Notes under the pieces: model-generated | Databases searched by the model: none | The model's input: only the letters and a program-made list of their open reading frames with translations | What the model was told of the DNA's origin: nothing | Source: an uncultured Gemmatimonadales bacterium | Lineage (GTDB): Bacteria; Gemmatimonadota; Gemmatimonadetes; Gemmatimonadales; GWC2-71-9 | Assembly: GCA_963828735.1 (NCBI GenBank) | Contig: CAWHFW010000002.1 | Span: forward strand, 928,001 to 992,000 | Direction: 5' to 3' | DNA length: 64,000 bases | In this document: positions 19,546 to 29,988 of the stretch, piece after piece | Numbering within the stretch: position 1 is the stretch's first letter | Layout: each line of letters opens with the position of its first letter | Made by a program: the position numbers and the translations under genes

Positions 19546-21432
19546 CTAGGCTAACCGGCCGTCCCTGGCGACGGCCCGCTGGTCGGCGGCGGACGGCAGT
19601 GTGACGACGAACGTCGCTCCACCTTCCGGATTGTTCGCCGCCGACAGGGAACCTCCATGGGTGGTAAGGATCGAGCGGCAGATGGCGAGTCCCAGCCCTA
19701 GCCCGTCGCGCTTCGTCGTTACGAACGGCTCGAAGACCCGCGCCAGCGCGTCCGGCGCGATCCCGCTACCCCGGTCGCTGACCTCGATGCGCGCCTCCCC
19801 GTGCTTCGCGGTGGCGATGACCAGCCTGCGCTCACCGGGAGGCGTATCACTCATCGCGTCGCACGCGTTCATCACCAGGTTCAGGAGCACCTGCTGCAGC
19901 TGCACGCGGTCCCCGCGGACCAGCGGCGCGGGCTCACACAAGCGGGTGGCGACGACTACGCCACGATGCCGCAGGTCGGTGCGCACCAACTCGAGCACCT
20001 CGCTGACGACCGCGTTCGTCGACAGCACCTGCGGTTTGGCCCCATCCTTCTTGACGAGGCTGCGCACGTGGTCGATCACCTCCCCGGCGCGCCGGTTGTC
20101 CGCCACAATGTCCTCGAGAATCGCGCCCAGCTCGGCCGACCCGGCACCGTTGGCTTTCAGCAGACGCTGACCGGCGGTCGCGTTCGCCAGGCTCGCGGTG
20201 AGCGGCTGCATCAGCTCATGCGCCAGCGTGGCCGACAGCTCGCCCACCAGCGCAACACGTCCCAGGTGGGCCAGCTCGCGGCGCTGCTCGTCGGCGCGCC
20301 CCTCGCTCTTCCGAAGCGCGGCCTGGGTCCGAAGCAGCCAGAGGATCAATGCCGATTGGAGCAGGAGCACGCCGAGGATCGCGAGGATGGTCGTCCGGTA
20401 GTGCTCCCAGGGCGATGGCGTGCGGAAGAGCACCTCGGTGTCCGGAGGAAGGCGGTCCTCCGACAGGCCCCAGCGCTGCAACTCCCGCCAATCCACGACC
20501 AGCGGGGTGGCGGCCACCTCCGCGGGGGGCATCGGCTCGCCCGGCGCGCGTCGAAGGACCCGCACAAGGAGGCGACCGGTGCGCATGCCGTCGTCCGCGA
20601 AATCCATCACGCCGCCGCCGACGACCCCGTTGCCGACCCAGTGGCGGACGATCCCGAACACGGGTACCGACGCCACGCGCGTAAGGCTGGCGATCAGGTC
20701 CCCGGCATTGAACTTCCCTCCGCGCCGGTCCCGCGAGAAGGACGAGAAGATCACGATCGTTCGAGGAGGGATGCGACGGAGACTGTTGATGAGCGATTCG
20801 TAGGTCCAATCCTGCAGCACCTCCAGCTCCATCCCGTTCAGGAGTGGGGTGATCTGGCGCAGCGCCACGGAAAGCAGGAGGGAGTCTAGCGGCGCGGCCC
20901 CGCTGACCACGACGACGCGCTTCGCATCCGGCTGCAGCGCCCGCGCCACCAAGTAGGTCGCGCCGAATGCCAACGGCTGCCGCCGTCCGGTCACATTCGC
21001 GGGAAGGGCGGAGAAATCAACGATCGCCTCGAAGGCGCCCCCGTACACGACCGGTACACCCGGAAAGAGGTGACTCAGCCGCTCCGTGGCGAATCGCAGC
21101 GCCGGCGTCCCTTCGGCCACGATGGCGTCGGGTCTGAACCCCGGATACTTCGCGGCGAAGTAGCGGGCGAATGCTGGCGAGCGGTCGCGGTCCGGGAAGC
21201 GGCTGGCGTCCAGGTACTCGTCGTAGATCTCGGCGCGGTGATGAAACTCCTCATCCACCACCGTCTTCAACTGCTGCGTGAACGCGATGGTCCCGGGGGC
21301 ATTGGGGTCATACGCGTAGAGCATCAGGATCTTCTTCGTCTCCTGCACCGACTGCGCGTTAAGGGGGACAGTGGCCGCCCAGATCATGACGGCCACGAGG
21401 ACGGTACCGCGCTCGATCAGACGCACGCACAT
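19546..21432 (-). CDS. Sensor histidine kinase with a periplasmic ABC substrate-binding-like domain
   Basis: Large N-terminal sensor, TM helix, LAHELMQPL H-box, LNLVMNA, DRGSG and GLGLGL. Start uncertain. Confidence 0.9.
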   Translation of the reverse strand: MCVRLIERGTVLVAVMIWAATVPLNAQSVQETKKILMLYAYDPNAPGTIAFTQQLKTVVDEEFHHRAEIYDEYLDASRFPDRDRSPAFARYFAAKYPGFRPDAIVAEGTPALRFATERLSHLFPGVPVVYGGAFEAIVDFSALPANVTGRRQPLAFGATYLVARALQPDAKRVVVVSGAAPLDSLLLSVALRQITPLLNGMELEVLQDWTYESLINSLRRIPPRTIVIFSSFSRDRRGGKFNAGDLIASLTRVASVPVFGIVRHWVGNGVVGGGVMDFADDGMRTGRLLVRVLRRAPGEPMPPAEVAATPLVVDWRELQRWGLSEDRLPPDTEVLFRTPSPWEHYRTTILAILGVLLLQSALILWLLRTQAALRKSEGRADEQRRELAHLGRVALVGELSATLAHELMQPLTASLANATAGQRLLKANGAGSAELGAILEDIVADNRRAGEVIDHVRSLVKKDGAKPQVLSTNAVVSEVLELVRTDLRHRGVVVATRLCEPAPLVRGDRVQLQQVLLNLVMNACDAMSDTPPGERRLVIATAKHGEARIEVSDRGSGIAPDALARVFEPFVTTKRDGLGLGLAICRSILTTHGGSLSAANNPEGGATFVVTLPSAADQRAVARDGRLA

Positions 21433-21703
21433 CGTCCGAGCCGTTCGTTGACCAGGCGGGTACGCGGCCGTGCACGCCCGCTGCCACTGGTGATATGCGC
21501 TGTCTCGTCCCAGGTGAGCCAGACCACCGCGACGCCGCGCACACGCGGCTCACGCTGAAGCACGTCGCGGTCACGGAGAGCGTCCGCCAAGGCGGAGCCC
21601 GTCAGATCGGTCACGGTCGGGCCTTTGGGGAGAAGCACTTCAAATGTGTCGTAGGGGGGGCAGGACCGCCAGCATCGATGGAGCGGCGGTCCGCCCGGTC
21701 ACG

Positions 21704-22267
21704 TCACTCCGGCGTGTCCTGCAAGTGGGCCTCGACGAACCACAGCCACTTGTCGGTGCCGCGTGAGATCTCCGTCAGGATGTCCGCGCTATCCGCATCC
21801 TCCAGCTCGTTCATCTCCTCGATGCCGATCCGCGCGGTCCTGCCAAACCCCGCCAGCGCGTCCGACAGCGCCGCCACGTGCTCGGCGCCGGTCGTGAGCG
21901 TCAGGGGATAGTCGATCAACGCCGTACGCTTCGCCACCGCCCCGACCGTTCCCTCGGCGATGCCGCCGAGTTGCACGATGCGCTCCGCGATGAGATCGAT
22001 GTAGTCCTCGACCTCTTCGTTGACCTCGTCGAACAGCTTGTGCAGGGCGATGAACTGGGGACCCTTCACGTTCCAGTGGGCCTGTTTGCACTGGGTCTGC
22101 AGGTCGATGCAATCGGCCAGGCGCTGATTCAGCAGCGTGATGGCCTCGACCCGGGTCTCCTCGGGGAGGTCGTTCTTGGTCCGGTAGAGACGGGGTCGAT
22201 CGGTGCCTGAGCCGTTACGGCTATGCCGGGCCTGCGCCGAGCGCCGTCCGGTCGCGATGCGTGCCAT
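21704..22267 (-). CDS. dps: DNA protection during starvation protein Dps
   Basis: KQAHWNVKGPQFIALHKLFDE, DLIAERIVQLGG and DKWLWFVEAH. GGAGG RBS before ATG 22267. Confidence 0.95.
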   Translation of the reverse strand: MARIATGRRSAQARHSRNGSGTDRPRLYRTKNDLPEETRVEAITLLNQRLADCIDLQTQCKQAHWNVKGPQFIALHKLFDEVNEEVEDYIDLIAERIVQLGGIAEGTVGAVAKRTALIDYPLTLTTGAEHVAALSDALAGFGRTARIGIEEMNELEDADSADILTEISRGTDKWLWFVEAHLQDTPE

Positions 22268-22377
22268 TACGGACACCTCCTATGGATGGTGATGCGGTTC
22301 GCCATCCTCTGAAGGAGGTCCTCCGAACCCGCGGGCGCAAGAGGGCGGCCGCCGGTCCGACTGGTTATTTTGTACCC

Positions 22378-23830
22378 ATGCCAACTGCGCCATTCCGGTG
22401 TTTTCTCCTTCTCGTGGACGGGCTTCGCCCGGACGTGGCCGAGGCCTGCCTCGGGGCCGGAGATCTCCCCAACCTCGCGGCGATGCTGAACCTCGGCGGA
22501 CACACGCGCGCCATCACCGTGTTCCCCTCCACCACCAGCGTCGCCTATCTGCCGTTCCTGACGGGCTGCACGCCCGGACATTGCAACGTCCCGTCGATCC
22601 GCTGGCTCGACCGCCGTCGCTATGGAGGCCGCTGGTGGCGCGAGCGGGACAGCGTCCGGAGCTACTGCGGCTACCAGGCGTCGCGTCTGGACGACGACAT
22701 CTCGCCCGACGTCCGGACCATCTTCGAGCTGGTGCCCGAAAGCGTCGGGATTTTCACGCCAGTGGCGCGGGGACTCACGCCGGCGCGGGATCCCTCCCGC
22801 CGGGAGCGCCAGTTCTGGGGCGCGCTCGCCCACTACGCCCAGTGGCACCAGCCGTCGGACGACGCGGTCGCGCGCCACCTCCTGCGGGCGGCGGACGGTC
22901 CGGCGCGTTTCGTCTTCGCCCAGTTCCCCGCGGTCGACGGGTACGCGCATCAGACCCATCCCGAGGCCGCGTCGGTGCTGTCGGCGCTGCGAAAGGTGGA
23001 TGGCGACGTGGGTCGGTTGCGCGAGCGGCTCCGCGCGCGCGGTGAGCTCGAGCGCTCGACTGCTGATCCTGGTGAGCGATCACGGGCCACGCGACGGTCC
23101 ACACCCACCTCGACCTGCCCGAGTGGTTCCGCGCGCAGGGCGTGCCGACGCTCACGCATCCGGTGTTGTGGGAGCGCGATCCCGCGGGCGGCGGTGATGG
23201 TGGCCGGCAACGGCTCCGCGATGGTCTACGCGCGGCCGGGCGAGCCGCGGGCCGAGCGCTGGCCGATCGAGCGCCTGCGAAGCCCCGAGGCGTTCGGCGT
23301 GGCCGCCGACCTCGTGGAGCGGCTGCTCCGCGAGCCGGCGGTCGGGTTGGTGGCCGCCGAATCGGGCGATGGCGCCGTGTGGGTGAGCGACGCGGAGGGG
23401 ACGGCGCTGGTCCGGCGCAGACCCGGCGGGATGGCATACGAGCCGCTCACGGGTGATCCGCTCGGGGTCGGCGGCGCACGCGCCGGCTCGATGCGCGATT
23501 GGCTGGAGGCGACCTGGGACGCCGCCTATCCCGACGCGGCCTACCATCTGTTCGACCAGTTCCGCGGCCCATCGCACGGGTGACCTCTGGTCGTCGCGCG
23601 GGAGGGCTACGACTTCCGCAAGCGGTTCGAGGTGCCCGGAGCATCGGTCGGGGCACGGGAGCCTCACGCGAGCGCACATGCAGACGCCGGTCTGGTCGAG
23701 CGAGCCGCTCGCCGCCGAGCCGATTCGGACCATGGATCTGTTTCCGGCGATGCTGGATTGGCTCGGGGAGCGGGTGCCGGCGGGACTCGACGGGGAGGCG
23801 ATCTGGCTGCCCGGCGGAACGGTTGCGTAA
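22378..23830 (+). pseudogene. Alkaline phosphatase / nucleotide pyrophosphatase family protein, multiply frameshifted (probably sequencing error)
   Basis: LLLVDGLRPD, FPSTT, DGYAH, LVSDHG and HGSL motifs spread over three frames, with about six 1-nt indels at 23059-23640. Confidence 0.8.
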
Positions 23831-23879
23831 GAGCGCGCGGATCACACGCAGTTTTCCCTCTCCCGCACAGGCCGGGACC

Positions 23880-23953
23880 GGGTCCGTAGCTCAGTTGGAT
23901 AGAGCGCTTGCCTCCGGAGCAAGAGGTCGCGCGTTCGAGTCGCGCCGGGCCCA
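23880..23953 (+). tRNA. tRNA-Arg(CCG)
   Basis: Cloverleaf with CTTGC-CTCCGGA-GCAAG anticodon arm. Confidence 0.96.
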
Positions 23954-23968
23954 CTCTGGAAGGTTTTC

Positions 23969-24000
23969 CCCCGCTTCGACTTCGGTTGAGGCGGGGTTTT
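23969..24000 (+). terminator. Rho-independent terminator after tRNA-Arg
   Basis: CCCCGCTTCGAC-TTCG-GTTGAGGCGGGG-TTTT. Confidence 0.8.
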
Positions 24001-24297
24001 CCGTTTCCACTCCCCGCCTCCTCCACGGTAGCGTTCCGGGCGACAAACCCGACGTTTCCGAGGCGATCTTTCATCGCCTCGAGGTGCCGCTCGATTCAGG
24101 CCGACCTCTCGGACTGTAAGCCGCAGCATGGGTGCGGTTAGTCCTGAATCCGCCGAAAACTCGTGTGGTGCCTGTCACGGCGTGCGCGCCGCACCGTCTG
24201 GTACCGTAAAGGTATCGGGTGTCTTCTCTTCCTCGGACGTTCCCCGTACGATGGAACCCCAGCACATATCGCTCACCCTCCACCTGACCACCGCCCC

Positions 24298-25356
24298 ATG
24301 CGCTTGCCCAGCCGCGTCACACCGCTCCTGATGCTTGCCAGCCTGGGCTGTGGCGGCGGAGATCTCGCTCTCCCGTCCTCCGATGTCGGTCCGGAAGAGC
24401 TCGTGCTGGTGCAGGGAGATCATCAGGTGGGTGTGGCCGGCGCGCGGCTGCCTGACTCCCTCCTCGTGCGCGTCGTGGATACGCTCGGCGTCGGCGTTCC
24501 CGGCAGGCAGGTAACTTGGGTGGTCGCCATCGGGGACGGCAGTGTCGTTCCAAAGGTGGATACCAGCGACTCGGCTGGCCTCGCTTCGACCCGGTGGACC
24601 TTGGGGCCTGAGACCGGCGCCAACGCCGTCAGGGCGATGCTGCCGACCCAGGGCTTCGTGACGTTCACCGCGGTAGCCGACAGTGGCGACGGTGGAACGA
24701 CAGTGCCGAGCTCGGGTCGTTCCACTGTCTCCGCCGACCCGGGCACCATCGTCATGGGGTCCGAGAGCTCGACGATTACCGTCACCGTCCGCGACGAACA
24801 GGGCAACCCCGTGGAGGGCGCGACCGTAACCCTTCAGGCGAGTGGTGCGGGCAATGGCTTGACCCAGCCGTCCGGCACGTCGAGCTCGGATGGCACGGCT
24901 CGCGGAACGCTCACCGCGACCGAACCGGGGACGGTCGCGGTGGTCGCAACGGTCAACGGGTCGGTGCAGGTGAGTCAGACCGCCGAAGTCACCGTCACCG
25001 GCGCTCCCGCCGGACACGTGGATCACTTCGTCTTCCGACTTCAGCCGCACGACGTGCACACGGGTGAGCCATTTCGAGTGGAGGCGGCCTTGGTGGACGC
25101 GGACGGCAACGTGGTGCCGCTGTCGGGAGTACTGATGTATCTCGGGCTCTTCCCGGACGGGAGTGACGTGCCCACCAACAAGCGGCTGTCAGGTGACCGC
25201 TTCAGAGCGACCGAAGACGGGGTGGCGGTGTTCGACGATCTGGCGGTCACCAAGAAAGGGCGATACCGCTTGCGCGTGCTGTCCGATCAGTTACCCGAGC
25301 TGGGGCCTCACGGGCCTGAACCATTTCTGTTCAGTCTGCCCTTCGAGGTGAACTGA
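24298..25356 (+). CDS. Ig-like (Big_1/invasin-type) domain lipoprotein
   Basis: Lipobox SLGC, repeated V.VRD..GNPV.GA.V Ig motifs. Confidence 0.8.
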   Translation: MRLPSRVTPLLMLASLGCGGGDLALPSSDVGPEELVLVQGDHQVGVAGARLPDSLLVRVVDTLGVGVPGRQVTWVVAIGDGSVVPKVDTSDSAGLASTRWTLGPETGANAVRAMLPTQGFVTFTAVADSGDGGTTVPSSGRSTVSADPGTIVMGSESSTITVTVRDEQGNPVEGATVTLQASGAGNGLTQPSGTSSSDGTARGTLTATEPGTVAVVATVNGSVQVSQTAEVTVTGAPAGHVDHFVFRLQPHDVHTGEPFRVEAALVDADGNVVPLSGVLMYLGLFPDGSDVPTNKRLSGDRFRATEDGVAVFDDLAVTKKGRYRLRVLSDQLPELGPHGPEPFLFSLPFEVN

Positions 25357-25612
25357 TGCCGGAGCCCCGCCAGCCTTGCGGGGTCGGTCCCGCTGGGTAG
25401 GTCCAAGGCGACGCGGTACTCCACGGCTTCAGTACGGTGCCGTACGTTCCCACGGCGGCCGCATATCTCCTCGAGCACGTCGCCTCGCCTATTGTATCAG
25501 CCTGCTTGGCGTCCGTCTAAATGCCGTGAGTCGTCTCACAGATAGCGGTGGTACCTGCCGCTAGTGTGCGCGTCCGCGTAGTAGCAGTCCCAGAAACAGG
25601 GAAGGAAGTCCA

Positions 25613-26128
25613 ATGGCACGAGTTACAGCTGTATTTGACGACCGGGCAAAAGCTGAGCAAGCGGTCTATGAGCTTCGCCGCCGGGGCGTGAAGGATACCG
25701 ATCTCTCATTCGTTGCTCGGACCGAAGATGACGCTGTTGCCGCAGGGGCCGGCCGAGAGGCCACACGCGAGACTGCAGGTGAACGAGCGGCCAAGGGGGC
25801 GGCCGTGGGCGCAGGTGCCGGACTGCTCTTCGGCTTGGTGGCCCTCGCAATCCCGGGGCTGGGACCTTTCATTACCGCAGGGGGTCTAGCTTCCGCTTTA
25901 GGGACCACTGGTGGCGCGTTGGCATCGGGCGCGATTGTGGGTGGCACATCCGGCGCTATCGCTGGCGCGCTTACCCGTGCAGGCTTCGACAAGGAAGAGG
26001 CTGAGTTCTACGGCCCCGCGGTCGAGCAGGGCGGAGTTCTAGTGGCCATGGATACCACTGCAGGAATTCCGGCCGCCGAGGCACGTGAGATCCTGGAGCG
26101 AGAGGGCGGGCGCACTTACGGTCGCTGA
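25613..26128 (+). CDS. General stress protein (YflT/17M-like) with a glycine-zipper TM region
   Basis: VTAVFDDRAKAEQAV..L, AIPGLGPFITAG and GGVLV. AAGGA RBS. Confidence 0.8.
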   Translation: MARVTAVFDDRAKAEQAVYELRRRGVKDTDLSFVARTEDDAVAAGAGREATRETAGERAAKGAAVGAGAGLLFGLVALAIPGLGPFITAGGLASALGTTGGALASGAIVGGTSGAIAGALTRAGFDKEEAEFYGPAVEQGGVLVAMDTTAGIPAAEAREILEREGGRTYGR

Positions 26129-26685
26129 GCAGGGCGGTACGTGAAAGCGAACAACGGCGTGCGAAGAGACCAACTTCTCTCGCACGTCGCTGTTCTTGCC
26201 GCAGTGAGGGAAATTGGCCGTAACGCTCGGGAACAATTCCTCGTCAAGCGGCGGTCGGGATGGCGCGAGATTTTAGCACAGATGCCTTCGGCTGAGAGTA
26301 ACCCACGCTTCCCCCTTCCAGTCCAAGTGTTCCCGGAGGCGGCCAACGTCCCTCCATCCCGCTCCGATTGAGCGACTCCCTCCAATACACCAGACCCCCA
26401 AACCTAAGTCACGGCTACGGCCCTGACTGCGTCGGCCGGCGCTTCCCAGGGTACAACTCCCGGTCGCTGCGCGGTGGCGAGGCGTTTCGCGCCTGTTTGC
26501 GACGAGTGATTGCGAGGCGCCGGTTCTGTCCGCCACCGTACCGTTGCTCCCTGATGCGCAACCTCTAGGTTCTCCTCGCGTGACTTGGCACACGGCGTTC
26601 ATCGGCCAGCTGGGCGATCCTGTGGCCCGCTTTAGTGCGACACGACTCCGCGGAGGCCATGGCCGGCCGCGACAGGAGCGACACC

Positions 26686-27171
26686 ATGACTATGCCAGAT
26701 AATGCCACTGCACTCTCCACCCGGCAGTCGGCTGAAGCCGAGAATATCGAGGTACCCAGGACGTCCGGGGCGCGCGCGCAGATTCGCGAGGTGAAGGACC
26801 AGGTAGTTGGGGAAGCGAAAAACTCCTTCCGCCAGGCGCGTGACAGCGCCACCTCCAGTTTGACCCAGAGCCGCCAGAAGGCCGCCGAAAGAATCGACGG
26901 GATCGCCACCGCTATCCGAAAGACGAGCGATCATCTGCGGTCGGAAAATGAGCCTCGGGTCGCCGATTTGACCCGCTCTCTCGCCGAGCAGGCTGAGCGG
27001 CTCGCCTCCTACCTACGTGACCGCGATTTCCGAGCAGTTCAGGCCGACCTTCAGGATTTCGCCCGCCAGCGGCCCGCGATCGCCCTCGGCGCGGCATTGG
27101 CAGCCGGCATGCTCGCGGCACGCTTCTTCAAGAGCTCGCAGCGCTCCGGAGGCCAGTATGGCGGAGCCTAG
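26686..27171 (+). CDS. Hypothetical helical stress protein (ElaB/YqjD-like C-terminus)
   Basis: C-terminal FARQRPAIALGAALAAGMLAARFFKSS. First gene of a coupled trio. Confidence 0.75.
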   Translation: MTMPDNATALSTRQSAEAENIEVPRTSGARAQIREVKDQVVGEAKNSFRQARDSATSSLTQSRQKAAERIDGIATAIRKTSDHLRSENEPRVADLTRSLAEQAERLASYLRDRDFRAVQADLQDFARQRPAIALGAALAAGMLAARFFKSSQRSGGQYGGA

Positions 27172-27568
27172 AGGCAGGACCGTCGAGGGACGGACGTTGG
27201 GCGAGCTGTTCGGCGAACTGTCCGAGGACATGGGCCTGCTGGTTCGTCAGGAAGCCCAGCTCGCGAAAACCGAGATGCAACAGAAGCTGTCCAAGGTCAC
27301 GTCGGATCTGGTGGCCCTCGCGACTAGCAGCGTGATCAGCCTCACCGGCGGGTTGGCATTGACCGCCGCGGTGATCCTGCTGTTGATCGATCCCGTGGGG
27401 CTCAAGCCCTGGCTCGCAGCGCTGCTGGTGGGCTTGGCGCTGGGTCTCACCGGGTGGGTCATGTTCCAGGGAGGAGTGAAGGACTTGAAGCGGACCGACC
27501 CGACGCCTCGGCGGACGGTGCATACCCTCAAGGAAGACATTCAATGGGCGAAGGAGCAGCGGCCATGA
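27158..27568 (+). CDS. Phage_holin_3_6 (YqjE-like) membrane protein
   Basis: LGELFGEL..LVRQEAQLAKTEM, two TM helices, P.RTV.TLKED. Confidence 0.85.
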   Translation: MAEPRGRTVEGRTLGELFGELSEDMGLLVRQEAQLAKTEMQQKLSKVTSDLVALATSSVISLTGGLALTAAVILLLIDPVGLKPWLAALLVGLALGLTGWVMFQGGVKDLKRTDPTPRRTVHTLKEDIQWAKEQRP

Positions 27569-28491
27569 CCGGAATTGAACGAGACGCATCGGAGGAGCGG
27601 TCCCCCGAGGACATGGAGCACGAGATCCAGCGCACTCGGGAGCGCATGACCACCAACATCGACGAGTTAAGCGAGCGGCTGAGTCCGGACAATCTCAAGC
27701 AACAGGCCAAGGACGCGATCGCGGACAAGGCCCAGGAGGTCGTCGCCGGCGTGGGGGATCAGGCTCGTGAGACCGGCGCCCGGATGGTTGACTTCATCAC
27801 TCAGAACCCGCTGCCGGTCGCCGCCGTCGGACTCGGCGCGATCTGGCTCTTTGCGCTTGGCAAGGGAAGCCGGAGCGAGGTATCCGGAGACCGCATGGCC
27901 CGCTTCGCCTACACGGGGCCCGAGCGACGCGAGCCGAACGGGCGCGCGGTCCTGGGCCGGCGGGTCGCGGACGGCGCACAGTCGGTCCGCGAGAGCGTGA
28001 GCGAGACCGTATCCGAGGTGGGTGCGAAGGCAGGCATCATGAAGGATCGCTTGCAGGACCGGGTCGGTGACCTCGGACACGCCGCTCGCCAGGGGACCCG
28101 CGAAGCGCGCGGCGGGCTGGAGAAGGCGATGAAAGACAATCCGCTCGCCGTCGCAGCAGGGACTGTGGTGCTGGGCCTCGCTCTGGGGATGCTGATCCCG
28201 GATACCGAGCCGGAGCGTCGGGTGATGGGCGCCACCCGTGACGAGTTGGTCGATCGGGTGCAAGAGGCGGCCGCTCGAGTCAAGGGCGCCGCGGTGGAGG
28301 CGGGCCGAGAGCTGCAGCAGACGGTGCGGGAAGAGATGTCGGCTCGCGGCCCGCAAGTGAAGGAGACGCTAGCAGACGCGGCGGCGACGGTCAAGGATCA
28401 GCTCAAGGATTCCGCCGGGCGGGTGACGCAGGAGGCCAAGCGTGCCATCCCGAAAGCGTCGTCGAAGGAGGATCGCGGGCCCGTCGGGTGA
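27565..28491 (+). CDS. DUF3618 domain protein
   Basis: SPEDMEHEIQRTRERMTTNIDELSERLSP and two NPL..G motifs. ATGA coupling. Confidence 0.85.
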   Translation: MTGIERDASEERSPEDMEHEIQRTRERMTTNIDELSERLSPDNLKQQAKDAIADKAQEVVAGVGDQARETGARMVDFITQNPLPVAAVGLGAIWLFALGKGSRSEVSGDRMARFAYTGPERREPNGRAVLGRRVADGAQSVRESVSETVSEVGAKAGIMKDRLQDRVGDLGHAARQGTREARGGLEKAMKDNPLAVAAGTVVLGLALGMLIPDTEPERRVMGATRDELVDRVQEAAARVKGAAVEAGRELQQTVREEMSARGPQVKETLADAAATVKDQLKDSAGRVTQEAKRAIPKASSKEDRGPVG

Positions 28492-28639
28492 TGCGCCGAG
28501 TCGAATGCCGCCGGTGGTCTCTCGCCGACCGCCGGCGCTACTCGGGGTTTGGATGGTCATCGGGCCGCGCGGACGCAGCAACCGTCAGGGAACGTAGTTC
28601 ACTCGCAGGGGGAGACGTCATCACACTAAGTAATGGACT

Positions 28640-28890
28640 CACCACTACAGCCCGTGAAGAAAACCAACACCGCTAATGCTGCGAGGTAACGCGGCACCTC
28701 ATCGTCGCTGTACTTGGCTGCAATCTCGGCATGGTGAATATAGGCCCACGCGGCCTAGATTCGCCCCGGCGTATCGATGGGATGCTTGTTGTCCACCGAA
28801 TCGGCGAAGGTAGCCTCGCGTACTTCTCGACCCCTTCCTGAGGATTCGCGTCGCGGCGGTGGATCCCTTTGGGCACCTGATCCTCCACAG
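28640..28890 (-). pseudogene. DUF6582-like pseudogene fragment
   Basis: RRDANPQEGVEKY, then after a frameshift EATFADSVDNKHPIDTPGRI*AAWAYIHH..KYSDDEV with an in-frame TAG. Confidence 0.6.
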
Positions 28891-29017
28891 GAGCGGCGTC
28901 GCTGCAGTGCGTTCAATCTCGGGCCAAGATCCGGTGGCCCAGTGCGGCTCTATCAGCCAGGCGGCGCTCCTCAGAGTGCGCGACAGGAAACACCCGTGCC
29001 GCTAGTTCAAGCCGTCA

Positions 29018-29473
29018 TCAATCCAGCAATGACTTGGGCGGGGATGCCTGTTCGGTGGCTGTGCCACACGAGGAATGGATTGGGAGTCCCTCCGCGCTCA
29101 TCGCGAGCACGTTCGCGAGGATGGAGCGGAGCGCTTTGAAGCTGAAGGGTTTCTCCAACAGCAGGCCCGGCAGGAGCACGTCCTGATCGTGTCCTCCGGC
29201 CGACAGGAAGATCAACGGAAGACCCGGTTGACGGCGGCGCAACTCGGCGGTCACCTCGTCTCCTAATGCGTCGGGGAAGTGCAGGTCGATCACCGCGGCG
29301 TTGAGCTGGAGCTTGAGCCGATCGAGGAGCCCGACAGCCTCCCCCTGTGTCGACACCGTGAGGACATGATACCCGGCCCGGAGGAGCGCCAGCGTGATCA
29401 CGTTCCGGACGCTCTCGAGGTCGTCCACCACGAGAATCAGCGGCCGGTCTGCAAGCCAATCAGCGAGATGCAT
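29018..29473 (-). CDS. Single-domain response regulator (receiver)
   Basis: ILVVDD, AVIDLHFPD, FLSA and LEKPF motifs. Confidence 0.82.
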   Translation of the reverse strand: MHLADWLADRPLILVVDDLESVRNVITLALLRAGYHVLTVSTQGEAVGLLDRLKLQLNAAVIDLHFPDALGDEVTAELRRRQPGLPLIFLSAGGHDQDVLLPGLLLEKPFSFKALRSILANVLAMSAEGLPIHSSCGTATEQASPPKSLLD

Positions 29474-29607
29474 CCTTCACCCTAGGTGCGGTGGCTGGGG
29501 GGGCAACCGCTGGATTGGCAAATTTGGCTCGAAGGAGTGTCGGACGCAAACCGCGGTCGCGGTCGAGCGTCTACAGCCGCGCGGCGGGTGCTTGAAGTGG
29601 CCTGCCC

Positions 29608-29988
29608 CTACGCTTCACGCACTGCCTGCAAGAGGAGGCTGCGGACTTCAGCGACTAGCTCGCTGGGTCGAAAGGGTTTGCGAAGTAAACGACCGGGCAC
29701 CAGCGACGGCTGGAGATCGTAGGCTGACATGAACAGGAGAATGGGAGGGTGCCGGATAAACTTAGCGACGCCCGCGAGCTTGAGGCCTCCCATGTTGGGC
29801 ATGACAATGTCTGTCACCAGCAGGTCGATGCGGAGGCCACTGGCCAAGATGCTGAGTGCCAGCTCCCCATCTCCCGCTTCGACGACGCGATAGCCGTCCT
29901 CTCGGAGTGCTCGCACGAGCACTTGGCGCTCGACGTCGTTATCCTCGACGACCAGGATGGTTCTTGGCTGAGGCGGCTGGTATGGCAT
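29608..29988 (-). CDS. Single-domain response regulator (receiver)
   Basis: ILVVEDN, LVTDIVMPNMGG, FMSAY and LRKPF motifs. Confidence 0.88.
   Translation of the reverse strand: MPYQPPQPRTILVVEDNDVERQVLVRALREDGYRVVEAGDGELALSILASGLRIDLLVTDIVMPNMGGLKLAGVAKFIRHPPILLFMSAYDLQPSLVPGRLLRKPFRPSELVAEVRSLLLQAVREA

Noticed and set aside
18056..21700. att-bounded island at tRNA-Pro(CGG)
   Set aside because: The content looks accessory, but I found no duplicate of the tRNA-Pro 3' end and no integrase.
26141..26371. 76-aa ORF and neighbouring short ORFs
   Set aside because: No RBS, recognisable motif or typical codon bias.
27158..27568. Prophage lysis gene
   Set aside because: No endolysin or phage structural genes. 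The context is a stress-gene trio.
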